Program-made: the position numbers and the translations under genes
Assembly: GCA_036785375.1 (NCBI GenBank)
Contig: JAWMAR010000471.1
Coordinates: 930,001-994,000 of the forward strand
Source of the DNA: Leucoraja ocellata
Lineage: Eukaryota
Reading direction: 5' to 3'
Length of the DNA stretch: 64,000 nt
Part shown: in pieces, positions 1 to 11,203 of the stretch
How the letters are laid out: every line of letters starts with the position of its first letter
Numbering within the stretch: position 1 is the first letter of the stretch
Notes under the pieces: generated by a model
What the model saw: only the letters and a program-made list of their open reading frames with translations
Told to the model about the DNA's origin: nothing
The model's database searches: none

Positions 1-390
1 TAAATGAACCACTAGGAAGTAGCGACCAGACCATGATAAGTTTTAATCCGCAATTTAAGAGGGAGAAGATGACATCGGATGTGTCTGTATTGCAGATGAG
101 CAAAGGGTACCGAGGCACGAAGGATTTTCTGGTGAAAGTTGTCTGGGAAGGGAACAGAGCAGGGAAGACAGTGGAACTTAAATGGCAGGAATTTCTGGGA
201 ATATTCCGGAAGATGCAGAACATTTTCGTTGCAAAAAGGAAGAAAGATTCTAGGTGGAGAAATCGTGGCCGTGGCTGACAAGGGCAGCCAGGATATTATA
301 AAACTAAAAGAGAAGGCGTATAACATTGCAAAGATCAGTGGGAAGCCAGAGTATTGGGAAGCTATTAAAGAACGACAGAAAGTAAATTAA
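1..390 (+). mobile_element. Degenerate CR1-like LINE ORF2 fragment
   Basis: Frameshifted translation (...KTVELKWQEFLGIF..., KEKAYNIAKISGKPEYWE) resembles the CR1 ORF2 region between the endonuclease and RT domains; recognised by eye. Confidence 0.55.
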
Positions 391-496
391 CAGGGTTGAT
401 GATACTCCAATATATTTCTAATTCACAATGCAGGGATTCTGTTTCTATCAGTTTAGTCTTTCCATCTCCGTGAATTACATATTCCATCAATGACGA

Positions 497-1935
497 GTGG
501 CGCCGTCAGCGACGGCAGCCTCGCCAATAGTATTGCTGTCGTTTCGTCATTTTTGTTATTTTTAGTATGTTTTTTAAATACGTGTTAATGTTCTCTGGTT
601 TGCTTTATGTGGGAGGTGGGGGACGGGGTCGGGGGAAACTTTTTTCAAACTCTTACCTTGCCGGAGATGCGATTGTTTTCCGGGTCGTATCTCCGATCGC
701 TCTGCGGCCCAAGATCTTGGAGTTGGCGGCCTTGCTCGAATCTGACTTTCAGCCCCAACGCGGGGCCGTGGATTTACCTTGCTTGGGATCGACGCTCCAA
801 CCGCGGCCTGTGGATTTCACCATCGAGGAGCTCGCAGACTCCGGCAAAGACTGATGTCGGGAAGCTCCAAGTCGCAGATGGTTCGACCAGCCCCGACCTG
901 GGGGCCGATCGCCAGGCGCGAGGCAGCTGGGAGCCTCCAGATCCGGGCGCATGATCGCCCCGACGGGGAGGGATCGACCGCCGGCTGCGGGAGCCAAGAT
1001 CTCCCCGACAACGGAAGGTTGCAGAGCCCTGACCGCGGAAGAACAAAGAAGGGAAGCAGAGTGAACATGTTTGCCTTCCATCACAGTGAGGAATGTGGGG
1101 GAGTCGCTGTGGGCGATGGCCATGTTTAACATAGAAACATAGAAATTAGGTGCAGGAGTAGGCCATTCGGCCCTTCGAGCCTGCACAGCCATTCAATATG
1201 ATCATGGCTGATCATCCAACTCAGTATCCCGTACCTGCCTTCTCTCCATACCCTCTGATCCCCTTAGCCACAAGGGCCACATCTAACTCCCTCTTAAATA
1301 TAGCCAATGAACTGGCCTCGACTACCCTCTGCGGCAGAGAGTTCCAGAGATTCACCACTCTCTGTGTGAAAAAAAGTTATTCTCATCTCGGTTTGAAAGG
1401 ATTCCCCCCTTTTCCTTAAGCTGTGACCCCTTGTCCTGGACTTCCCCAACATCGGGAGCAATCTTCCTGCATCTAGCCTGTCCAACCCATTAAGAATTTT
1501 GCAAGTTTCTATAAGATCCCCTCTCAATCTCCTAAATTCTAGAGAGTATAAACCAAGTCTATTTAGTCTTTCTTCACAAGACAGTCCTGACATCCCAGGA
1601 ATCAGTCTGGTGAACCGTCTCTGCACTCCCTCTATGGCAATAATGTCCTTCCTCAGATTTGGAGACCGAAACTGTACGCAATACTCCAGGTGTGGTCTCA
1701 CCAAGACCCTGTACAACTGCAGTAGAACCTCCGTGCTCCTATACTCAAATCCTTTTGCTATGAAAGCTAACATACCATTCGCTTTCTTCACTGCCTTAAC
1801 ATTTAACTTAACATTACACTAACTACACTTAACATTTATATTGATGTCTTGTTGCTCTTTACTGTTACGACGGCATGATTTGACGGTATGTTGCAAACCA
1901 TTCTTGGCTAATAAAGTACTATTATGAGTATGATT
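497..1935 (+). repeat. Non-coding interspersed repeat of about 1 kb, interrupted by a CR1 copy
   Basis: 497-1128 plus 1830-1935 match about 59965-60100 plus 60754-61320 (shared ACCTTGCCGGAGATGCGA, GGATCGACGCTCCAACCGCGGCCTGTGGATTT, ACAGTGAGGAATGTGG and a GCTAATAAAGTA tail). Confidence 0.65.
1129..1796 (-). mobile_element. CR1-like LINE 3' fragment
   Basis: ORF 1294-1791 contains LVRPHLEYCVQF...LEFRRLRGDLIE; conserved 3' UTR and (TTTCTATG)n tail. Confidence 0.9.
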
Positions 1936-2524
1936 TTGAATATGATATTATACCACAAAGGCAGAAAATAGATGGGTGACCACCAGTGAACGGATTATGG
2001 AGAAGCAGTCAGGTGGAGGGGAATGGTCAGGCGGTAGAGGGGAGTATCGGCAGCAGGTCCACGGCATCAGGCGCGGCTCAGAGCGGGGAGAGAGGAAAGC
2101 ACACAGCGCGACAAACATAGGCGACCCATTGGAGGGGGGGGGGGGGGGGGGGGATAGGTGTGGGGGGGGGGGGGGGGGTGGGGATGAGACGCAGAAAGAA
2201 GAGTCCATTCGCTACGCGACACACTCCAGGATGACGATTTCTTTATTTGGGGTCGACACACAAATGGCTACAGAATATTCCTAACGCTATTTGAAGAAAC
2301 CGTATTATTTACTAGTCAGAAGCCCTTTTCACCCAATTCACATGATATGTTTCACTTCAAATAGCGACAGTAGTTCGTTTCGCAATTAAGCCACATTGCT
2401 CAAACAATATCATGTCATAAATCATTACAAGAAAGAACAACATGCTTTCCCTTGTTTATTCGGAGCATTCTGCCTGGCAATTATGATGATGCAAGTAATT
2501 GTCGCTCCAGAGATTACACTGCGG

Positions 2525-2532
2525 TATAAATA
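2525..2532 (+). promoter_or_regulatory. Candidate TATA box of GPCR-1
   Basis: GGTATAAATAG about 60 nt upstream of the ATG; similar motifs lie upstream of GPCR-2 (GGCATAAATAG, about 34113-34123, minus) and GPCR-4 (GGTATAAGTAG, about 58856-58866). Confidence 0.5.
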
Positions 2533-2589
2533 GTTCTGATAAGTTTGATGCAGAATTTTCTTGCCAGCTAAATCGTGCTCACGGAAACA

Positions 2590-5067
2590 ATGCACGCACC
2601 TGGGAATGGGCCGGTCTTTGCCATTTATTATTCTTTTCTCGCAGCTTTCGGAGTTCCAGGTAAGAACAAAACATATGGACGTCGACTTTCATTTAAAAAG
2701 CATTTTTAATCTGCCATTCAGCCACTTCCATGTGCACCGAATGCACGCCGGGTTCTCCGTCGCTATCTGTCCCTTGCGATCTCGTACGGAATGACGAATT
2801 CAATCAAGTTGTCTGATGCAAAGGAGGTCGTTCCAAAACAAAATATTCTCTTGCAATTCCTGCAAGAAAAAAATGCTTGTTGGCACCGTCTTTTGAATGC
2901 TGTTGAATGGGAGTATCTGTACTTTCTGATCAGAGACAGAAAGGTATAATTGAATGCCGAATTGAATTATTTTAAATTGTCTCTCCTCTCCGAAACTCGC
3001 CCAAAAAAAAATGCCGGTGTCATTTACAGAATTTGGTGGCTGATGTAACACCTCCGATCATATCATTTATTGGAATTACACTTCGAACACCATTTGACTC
3101 AACACTGTTCTCAATGCAGGCATTGAATCAATTTCATCTACCAAGTTTATTTTCTTGTTTGCTGACCGCATTTGGCAGCTGTTTACAAGTAACGTTATTA
3201 TGAAGCGCTCTTGTTAGTTTGGCATGGAAATGCATTATTGTATCTAAATTTCACACGCTATATTCTAAATTATCTCTTCTCCCATTGACATCGTTATTTG
3301 CTTTCAGTATGAGCGCCGAAGGTGAAGGGGGGACTTGATAGAGGTCTGTAAACTTATGAAAGGGATAGACAGAGTTGACGTGGATAAGGTTTTTCAATTG
3401 AGAGTAGGGAAGATTCAAACAAGAGGACATGACTTGACAATTAAGGGACGGAAGTTTAGGGGTAACATGAGGGGGAACTTCTTTACTCAGAGAGTGGAAG
3501 TGGTGGAGGCCGGCAGGTTCGATTATATCATTTAAAAATAAATTGGAACGGTATATGGATGGGAAAGGAATGGAGGTTTATGGTCTGAGTGCAGGTAGAT
3601 GGGACTAGGTGAGAGCAAGTGTTCGGCACGGACTAGAAGAGCCGAGATGGCCTGTTTCCGTAGTGTAATTGTTATATGGTTATATATGGTTATATGGTTA
3701 TGATGTGCCAATGGATTTATATTTTCTTATTTTCTCAACAAATTGTCATTATGTTTGGGAAGCTGGTCTTTTGTATTCCATTCCATAATGTCCCTGTCCC
3801 ACTTAGGAAACCTGAACGGAAACCTCTGGAGACGTTGCGCCCCACCCAAGGTTTCCGTGCGGTTCCCGGAGGTTCCCGGAGGTTTTTTGTCAGACTCCCT
3901 ACCTGCTTCCACTTCCTGCACCCTCCGGCAACCACTTGCAATCCCCGGGAACCTTGGGTGGGTCGCAGTCTCCAGAGGTTTCCGTTCAGGTTGCCTAAGT
4001 GGGACAGGGGCATAACCGTACGCGGGCGTGGCATGAGCCAAAGCACAATATATTTGGTGGTTAGCTGAATCGTCGAAATACTGCACGAATTTATCCTGTC
4101 AATCAATTGGATTTAACGGTCTGATTATGAATGAACGAATTTATTATTTTGTTTTGCAGCGAATTTAGTGACGATTGTGATTTTGTCCCAAGGAAAGTGC
4201 GGCCTCTCGAAATGCATAACTCGTTACTTGGTGTTCATGGCAGTGGCGGATCTCCTGGTCATTATAACTGCTGTGATATTAAGTCGGCTACGGGCTATTT
4301 ATTTCCCACTTAGTTTCTTGTCCACCACTCCTGCCTGCAGTCTCGTTATTACCTTCAGCTGGATTTCAAAAGACACATCGGTGTGGTTAACGGTCGCGTT
4401 CACGTTCGATCGCTTTTTAGCTATTGGCAGCCAGAAATTGAAGGTGAGATACTGCACCGAGAAAACTGCGGCTGTCATTATAGCAACCATCTGCGTGCTG
4501 GCGTCCTTGCGAAACATCCCTGCATATTTTGAATATGAGCCCATGTATGTCGTTAACAATGTACCCTGGTTCTGCAGCATTAGACCAATCTTCTATACAT
4601 CACTTGCATGGAGGGTGTATGAATGGCTGCACCATATGTTAAATCCATGTATCCCATTCCTCCTCATTTTGCTGCTTAATGTTCTGACGATCAGACACAT
4701 TCTAGCGGCCAGTCGGGCCCGCCGGAGACTCCGGGCGCAGAGCAACGGAGAGAAACAGAGTGACCCCGAGATGGAGAGCCGGAGAAGATCCATTATTTTA
4801 CTTCTCGCCATCTCCTGGAGTTTTATTTTGTTGAGGTCGACCTATGTGGTAAATTTCCTATCTGTGCAGATTACAAGCAACGTCTATCCAACTGGTTCTA
4901 ATTCCAATGACCCAAGATTTATTCTTCAAGAAAGCGGATACATGTTAGAGATTCTTAGTTCCTGTACCAACACGTGTATTTATGTTGGGACACAGTCTAA
5001 ATTCAGGGAACTGTTAAAGGATGCTCTCAAATATCCATTCAATATCATTACTGGCTGGTTCAAGTAG
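2590..5067 (+). CDS. GPCR-1: GPR139/GPR142-like class A GPCR, two exons, 325 aa, intact
   Basis: Exon 1 2590-2659 (MHAPGNGPVFAIYYSFLAAFGVP + G|GTAAGA); exon 2 4160-5067 (TTTTGCAG|CG). Motifs GVPAN, MAVADL, TSVWLTVAFTFDRF and SSCTNTCIY resemble GPR139 ([36 protein letters not shown]). Confidence 0.92.
3320..3700 (+). mobile_element. CR1-like LINE 3' fragment (second subfamily) in GPCR-1 intron
   Basis: GDLIEVCKLMKGIDRVD...TRGH...NFFTQRV followed by a (TATATGGT)n tail. Confidence 0.8.
3789..4012. mobile_element. Palindromic MITE, PIF/Harbinger-like
   Basis: Long terminal inverted repeats TGTCCCTGTCCCACTTAGG...CCTAAGTGGGACAGGGGCA flanked by a 3-bp TAA duplication (3786-3788 and 4013-4015). Confidence 0.8.
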
Positions 5068-5089
5068 TGCACATAACACAGATAATTAG

Positions 5090-5537
5090 AAAGATAGACA
5101 GTAGGTGCAGGAGTGGGCCATTCGGACCATCGAGCCTTCACCGTCATTCAATATGATCATGGCTGATCATCCAACTCAGTATCCTGTACCTGACTTCTCT
5201 CCATACCCCCTGATCCCTTTAGCCACAAGGGCCACATCTAACTCCCTCTTAAATATAGCCAATGAACTACCTTCTATGGCAGATAATTCCAGATATTCAC
5301 CACTCTCTGTGTGAAACATATTTTTCTCACCTCGGTCCTAAAAGATCTCTCCTTTATCCTTAAACTGTGACCCCTTGTTCTGGACTTCCCCAACATCGGG
5401 AACAATCTTCCTGCATCTGGCCTGTCCAACCCCTTAAGAATGTTATAAGTTTCTATAAGAACCCCCCTCAATCTTCTAAATTCTAGCGAGTACAAGCCGA
5501 GTCTATCCAGTCTTTCTTCATATGAAAGTCCTGACAT
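5090..5537 (-). mobile_element. CR1-like LINE 3' fragment
   Basis: GLSYEERLDRLGLYSLEFRRLRG on the minus strand with the conserved 3' UTR. Confidence 0.88.
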
Positions 5538-5674
5538 AACAATTCTCCACTGAAAAGAACATGCAAACTCAGAAACGACAAGCGGTGAAGAATTTCGACA
5601 AAGAAGGCGCCGGAGCATGGCGGCGGTTTTTGTGTGCTGATATCAAATTAGGATCTGCTATCATCCGATACAAT

Positions 5675-5900
5675 GTACACACAAATGCTGGAGAAACTCA
5701 GCGGGTACAGCAGCATCTATGGAGCGAAGGAGATAGGCAACGTTTCGGGCCGAAACCCTTCTTCAGACGCGAAATTCGAATTCTTCTTCGTCCCGAAACG
5801 TTGCCTATCTCCTTCGCTCCGTGGATGCTGCTGCACCCGCTGAGTTTCTCCAGCGTTTTTGTGTATCTTCGATTTTCCAGCATCTGCAGTTCCTTCTTAA
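5675..5900. mobile_element. Inverted pair of Penelope-like element 3' ends
   Basis: TGCTGGAGAAACTCAGCGGG...CCCTTCTTCAGAC followed by its reverse complement; the same sequence follows the GIY-YIG coding fragment at about 21520-22005. Confidence 0.7.
5739..5768 (-). ncRNA. Minimal hammerhead ribozyme-like motif (Penelope-associated)
   Basis: Minus strand reads GU CUGAAGA A GGG-UUUCGG-CCC GAAAC GUU, containing the CUGANGA and GAAA cores; identical copies at 32270-32299 and 50235-50264. Confidence 0.6.
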
Positions 5901-6589
5901 ACACAGCATCTGAGACAATCTCGTTACCATCTCTTTACTCTTTTGGTTGTATTTTCTACCCATTGTACCTGAGTTTGGCTTGGTTGTATGCATGTATTGT
6001 ATTATCCGATTTGTTTGGAAAGCAAGCAAACGAATTTCCACTGAAACTCTAATCACATGGCAATAATGAACTGAAAAGCACAATTAAACCTCATTCCCGG
6101 TGGAACTCATATTAAAAGATTGTGTTTCATTTCGAATATTCATCTTCTTCTTTTCGTGACAATCTTGTGACAAATGTTGGCCTCGCTCTCATCGTCTGTC
6201 CTGAAAAGGACGCAAACTTCCGGCGACAATGTGGAAGCCTTCACATGTCGCAATAGGTGACAGTCGGTAACAGAATTAGCTCAGGGATAATTCCAGTTTC
6301 CATCCCGCGACCTGGGCGCTTCTGCTATGGCGCCGAATACCCTCCATCAGTACCCTATTCTGAAATGTAATTCCAAAGTTCAGTAATTATAATTATGACA
6401 AGAGATTTGTTTCACTTTGAACAGTGTAACGATAATAGTACTTTGGCGAGTAAACGTTTGACCAATTGTGACTACGTTTCGTGTTTTACTGTTTACGAAT
6501 GATTTCGGATTTGCTGGCTACAGACGTCTCTGCTGCCACAAATACGATGCATTTGAAAGGGTTGTGGATAAACGTAAGCACTCAAAATA

Positions 6590-7035
6590 TAACATATAAC
6601 ATATAACAATTACAGCACGGAAACAGGCAATCTCGGCCCTTCTAGTCCGTGCCGAACACTTACCCTCACCTTGTCCCATCTACCTGCACTCAGACTATAA
6701 CCCTCCCATTCCTTTCCCGTCCATATACCTATCCAATTTATTTTTAAATTACAAAATCGTATCTGCCTCCACAAGTTCCACTGGAAGCTCATTCACAAAG
6801 CTACCACTCTCTGAGTAAAGAGGTTCCCCCTCATGTCACCCCTAAACCTCTGTCCCTTAATTCTCAAATCATGTCCTCTTGTTTGAACCTTCCCTACTCT
6901 CAATGGAAAAAGCTTGTCCACGTCAACTATGTCTATCCCTCTCATAATTTTAAAGACCTCTATCAAGTCCCCCCCTTAACCTTCTGCGCTTCAAAGAATA
7001 AAAACCTGACTTTTTCAACCTTTCTCTGTAACTTA
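6590..7035 (-). mobile_element. CR1-like LINE 3' fragment (second subfamily)
   Basis: Reverse-complement match to the 3320-3700 copy. Confidence 0.8.
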
Positions 7036-7819
7036 TGATATTGTGTAACTTATCATATTGTGGCTGCGGTGGCGACACCAAGAATGGCAGAGAGGAGGAG
7101 GATTCTTAGCACGACTGCAGTCGGCAGTCCGGCAAACAGTACAGTACATGGAAACGTTGATGGCTGTCATGTTCAGCCACCCAAATTAACGGCGGTATCG
7201 GCCCCTGGGTCTCAGTTGTACGTGGCATTGAGACCAGCGCTATTCAGTCATTTGATTTGGGTCGTCAATCTGGATTTAGAACAGTTACAGACTGAAGATG
7301 TCTGGGATGCAGATGAAATTTGGTTCACAAATGTGCACAATGGGGCCACAGCACATTATCATTTATTGTGATGAAAATGCAGCTGCAAATCGACGAAACC
7401 TATTTATCACGTGTTCAGTATTCAGTATTTATTTAATATCATTTTCACTGAGTACTTGCATACACAGAGGAAACGAAAAACGTTACTCGACCAGTTTCCA
7501 TTCAGTGTCGTTAATTAAAAAAAAGGATAAATACAAAGGGCTTTAAAAACAAATTAAAATTACCATGTCTAAAACAAAAAGTAGGCCTAAACTTTACAAT
7601 AGAATAAAAACAGACATTCCGACCGACAGTGGCTTCAAAGTATGGACGAGGTTGCATGTGTTTGTGAACGATATTTGGGGAGGGGACACAGTCCGTTAAT
7701 CAGTCTTATTGCCTGTGGGAAGAAGCTGTGGAGAATCCTGCTGGTTTTGCAGCTGATGCTCTTGTACCTCTTCCCAGATTCGTGTGATTGGAGTCACCAT
7801 GCTCACATTAGAGTACATA

Positions 7820-8150
7820 GAACATAGAAACATAGAAATTAGGTGCAGGAGTAGGCCATTCGGCCCTTCGAGCCTGCACCGCCATTCAATATGATCATGG
7901 CTGATCATCCAACTCAGTATCCCGTACCTGCCTTCTCCTCATACGCCCTGATTCCCTTAGCCACAAGGGCCACATATAACTCCCTCTTAAATATAGCCAA
8001 TTAACTGGCCTCAACTACTCTCTGTGGCAGAGAGTTCCAGAGATTCACCACTGTGCGAAAAAAGTTCTTCTCATCTCGGTTTTAAAGGATTTCCCCCTTA
8101 TCCTTAAGCTGTGACCCCTTGTCCTGGACTTCTCCAACAACGCGAACAAT
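7820..8150 (-). mobile_element. CR1-like LINE 3' end
   Basis: (CATAGAAA)n tail and conserved 3' UTR as in the 1129-1796 copy. Confidence 0.85.
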
Positions 8151-8810
8151 CCGATATGATATTAAAGTACAAGGGTGGATGACACTGCTTGGCCCCAATG
8201 CGTTGCTTAATGGGGAGCAAACATAATGTGCTGAAATAACCCATTGGTCTGCAGTATGGAAAGAATGGAGAGACGCGTTTGCGGTCGGGACCCTTCTTCA
8301 TTACTCGCTTCACTCGCTTCGTTATTTCAGCACTTATCGAGCATTTCTGGGTTATGCCACCAGCATCCGTGGCTCATTCTGACTCAAATGGGAGGGGAAC
8401 AGGGTACAGGGAGGAGTTTGCCGGGAAAGTCAGCAGAAGCCCATTCAGTTAGAATTAGAACCAGGTGCCGGATGCCCTCACCGAACCGCCGCCTCCGAAG
8501 CAGCTGTGAAAGGGCGAACAGCCCCTCCGCGTTGAGTGCGAAGCAATGAGCCCGAAAAAACGAGGGACAAAGAAGACAGTACACAGTACAGTACGGTACA
8601 GGGACAGACATTGTGGCTCATGGTGTCGGCGCGAAACATGTTGCCTAATTTACCTATTGTCCTCTGCCTGCGCTGGATCGATATGCCTCCATTCCGCGCA
8701 AATCTACCCGTCCCCTGCATATCCACGTGCACACCGACACACGTCTGAAATACCATACGGCATTATCTCTGGCGGTACGTTCCAGACACCCACCATTGTG
8801 TAAAACAGGG

Positions 8811-9360
8811 TACACAAAAATGCTGGAGAAACTCAGCGGGTGCAGCAGCATCTATGGAGCGAAGGAAATAGGCGTCTTTTCGGGCCGAAACCCTTCTTCA
8901 CACTGATGGGGGGGGGGGGGGGGGGGGAGGAAGGAAAAAGGGAGGAGGAGGAGCCTGAGGGCGGGGGGATGGGAGGAGACAGCTCGAGGGTTAAGGAAGG
9001 GGAGGAGACAGCAAGGGCTAGCAAATCTGGGAGAATTCAACGTTCATGCCATCCGGACGCAAGCAACCCAGGCGGAATAAGAGGTGCTTTTCGTTGAATT
9101 CTCCCAGTGTTGCTAACCCCTGCTGTCTCCTCCCCTCCCTTAACCCTCGAGCTGTCTCCTCCCATCCCCCCGCCCTCGGGCTCCTCCTCCTCCCTTTTTC
9201 CTTCCTTCTCCCCCCCCCCACCCCCCTTCAGTCTGAAGAAGGGTTTCAGCCCGAAACGCCGCCGATTTCCTTCGCTCCATAGATGCTGCTGCACCCGCTG
9301 AGTTTCTCCAGCATTTTGTGTACCTTCGATCTTCCAGCATCTGCAGTTCCTTCTTGAAAA
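8811..9360. mobile_element. Penelope-like element ends in inverted arrangement
   Basis: Arms about 8811-9041 and 9093-9322 are reverse complements; the centre encodes KHLLFRLGCLRPDGMNVEFS, the C-terminal part of the GIY-YIG domain. Confidence 0.75.
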
Positions 9361-9589
9361 CATTGTGTAAAATACTTCTGCCGCGCATATTTTAAACTTA
9401 GTTTTTATTGTATCGAAACAATGCCTTATAATCTTGGATGTCCCTATCCGGCTGAGGGAAAATGATTTCTACGCTTTCCCCGAGGCTACAGTAGGAACAT
9501 TCCACGTTTTCCCAACTGCTTCTAATGTGTAATAATCTGCAATCCGGACAATATTCTGCTAAACGTCCAGCCTACTCTCCAAAGCCTAA

Positions 9590-10275
9590 GCATCGGCTTG
9601 TACTCGTTAGAATTTAGAAGATTGAGGGGGGATCTTACAGAAACTTACAACACTCTTAAGGGGTTGGACAGGCTAGATGCAGGGAGATTGTTCCCGATGT
9701 TGGGAAAGTCCAGAACAAGGGGTCACAGTTTAAGGATAAAGGGGAAATATTTTAGGACCGACATGAGAAATATTTTTTTACACAGATAGTGGTGTGTCTG
9801 TGGAATTATGTGCCACAGAAGGTAGTTGAGGCCAGTTCATTGGCTATATTTAGAGGGAGTTAGATGTTGCCCTTGTGGCTAAAGGGATTAGATCAGCTAA
9901 AGAGCATCAATCTATAGTTAGAGAGTGGTAGCGGTGTGGAATGAGCGTCCAGTGGAAGTGGGGGAGGCAGGTCCATTGGTATCATTTAAAAATAAATTGG
10001 ATAGGCATATGGATGAGAAGGGAATGGAGGGTTATGGTATGAGTGCAGGCAGGTGGGACTAAGGGGAAAATATTGTTCGGCACGGACTTGTAGGGCCGAG
10101 ATGGCCTGTTTCCGTGCTGTAATTGTTATATGGTTATATGGTTATATCAGGCAGGTATGGGATTCTGAGTTGGATGATCAGTCATGATCATATTGAATGG
10201 CGGTGCAGGCTCGAAGGGCCGAATGGCCTACTCCTGCACCTATTTTCTATGTTTCTATGTTTCTATGTTTCTATC
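9590..10275 (+). mobile_element. Nested CR1-like LINE 3' fragments (two subfamilies)
   Basis: YSLEFRRLRGDL...TRGHSLRI; both tail types are present (about 10140 and 10270). Confidence 0.8.
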
Positions 10276-11164
10276 ATTCGTGTAATGGGGCGACCACAAT
10301 TTCAATCCAGGTGTGGCGTAAACCAGGGTGCGTAAAACTGCTGCCACCAAATTTCCTACTCCTATTCCATTCTTTGGAACCGTTCTGACGTTGAGCCATT
10401 CGATAACATTGCGACCGCTCTGTTTTAAGATCTAAGGTACACAGCTCAGACACAGCAGCCGATGGAAAGTAATTTGAGAATCCCCTGAGTTAACACCAGA
10501 GGGCGCCGTCGGAGGTGTGACGTTAGAAATCGCTCTCAGCGCGAAGACACACAAACTGCAGACGCCTAAGAATGTCATTCCGCTCAGCGCAGCAGTGACC
10601 AACCAACCAACCATTCTGCTCACACCTTCGAACTCTGAAGATTAAATCCTGTACACTAATCTGCAGTGCCCAAACCACAACATTCCAGGTCCGTTCCCTT
10701 TTATCTTTCCAGATATACAGAATTGTGAATATTGCCAATATTTTCCCCTTTAGAAATATAGAAACACCGAAAATAGTTGCAGGAGGAGGCCATTCGGCCC
10801 TTCGAGCCAGCACAGCCATTCATTGTGATCATGGCTGATCGTATCCTATCGTCCCCTATAGTACCTGATCGATTTCCAACATGTAACTTTATTATATGCA
10901 CCATCCGCTGAAACATCGCATTGACTTCCATTCGTATGTTGTCAGAGGAAACTCCGTCCAACTGAATCGAAAATACAGTCACTGATGGGGAAGTCATAAT
11001 ATTTCTATCTAGATATTGGGTGGCATGCCGTTAGTTCATACGGTGTCTGCCCTCTGAGCAACATTGGTGGTTTCGGTGCAGGTTTGCCGAATATTTCCCC
11101 ACTCCTGCCACCCACCACAATCTAATCCTAACGTTCTCGTGATGGTTTTTTTCTGAGGCGGCAT

Positions 11165-11203
11165 AGTTTTTGTACGAGGCCGCTCATGGATAGTGGCACC
11201 GTG
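11165..11203 (-). other. 23-RSS of V1
   Basis: CACGGTG + 23 nt + ACAAAAACT directly after the CVLR codons. Confidence 0.93.

Noticed and set aside
1082-1088. Isolated CACAGTG heptamers (also near 18557, 25124 and 56580)
   Set aside because: No nonamer at 12- or 23-nt spacing; most belong to repeats.
567-1192. Cluster of overlapping GC-rich ORFs
   Set aside because: They lie in a repeat also present at about 60754-61320, with no conserved reading frame or recognisable domain.
7060-7371. 103-aa ORF containing LQTED, reminiscent of a V-domain F strand
   Set aside because: No conserved Cys or Trp pattern and no RSS.
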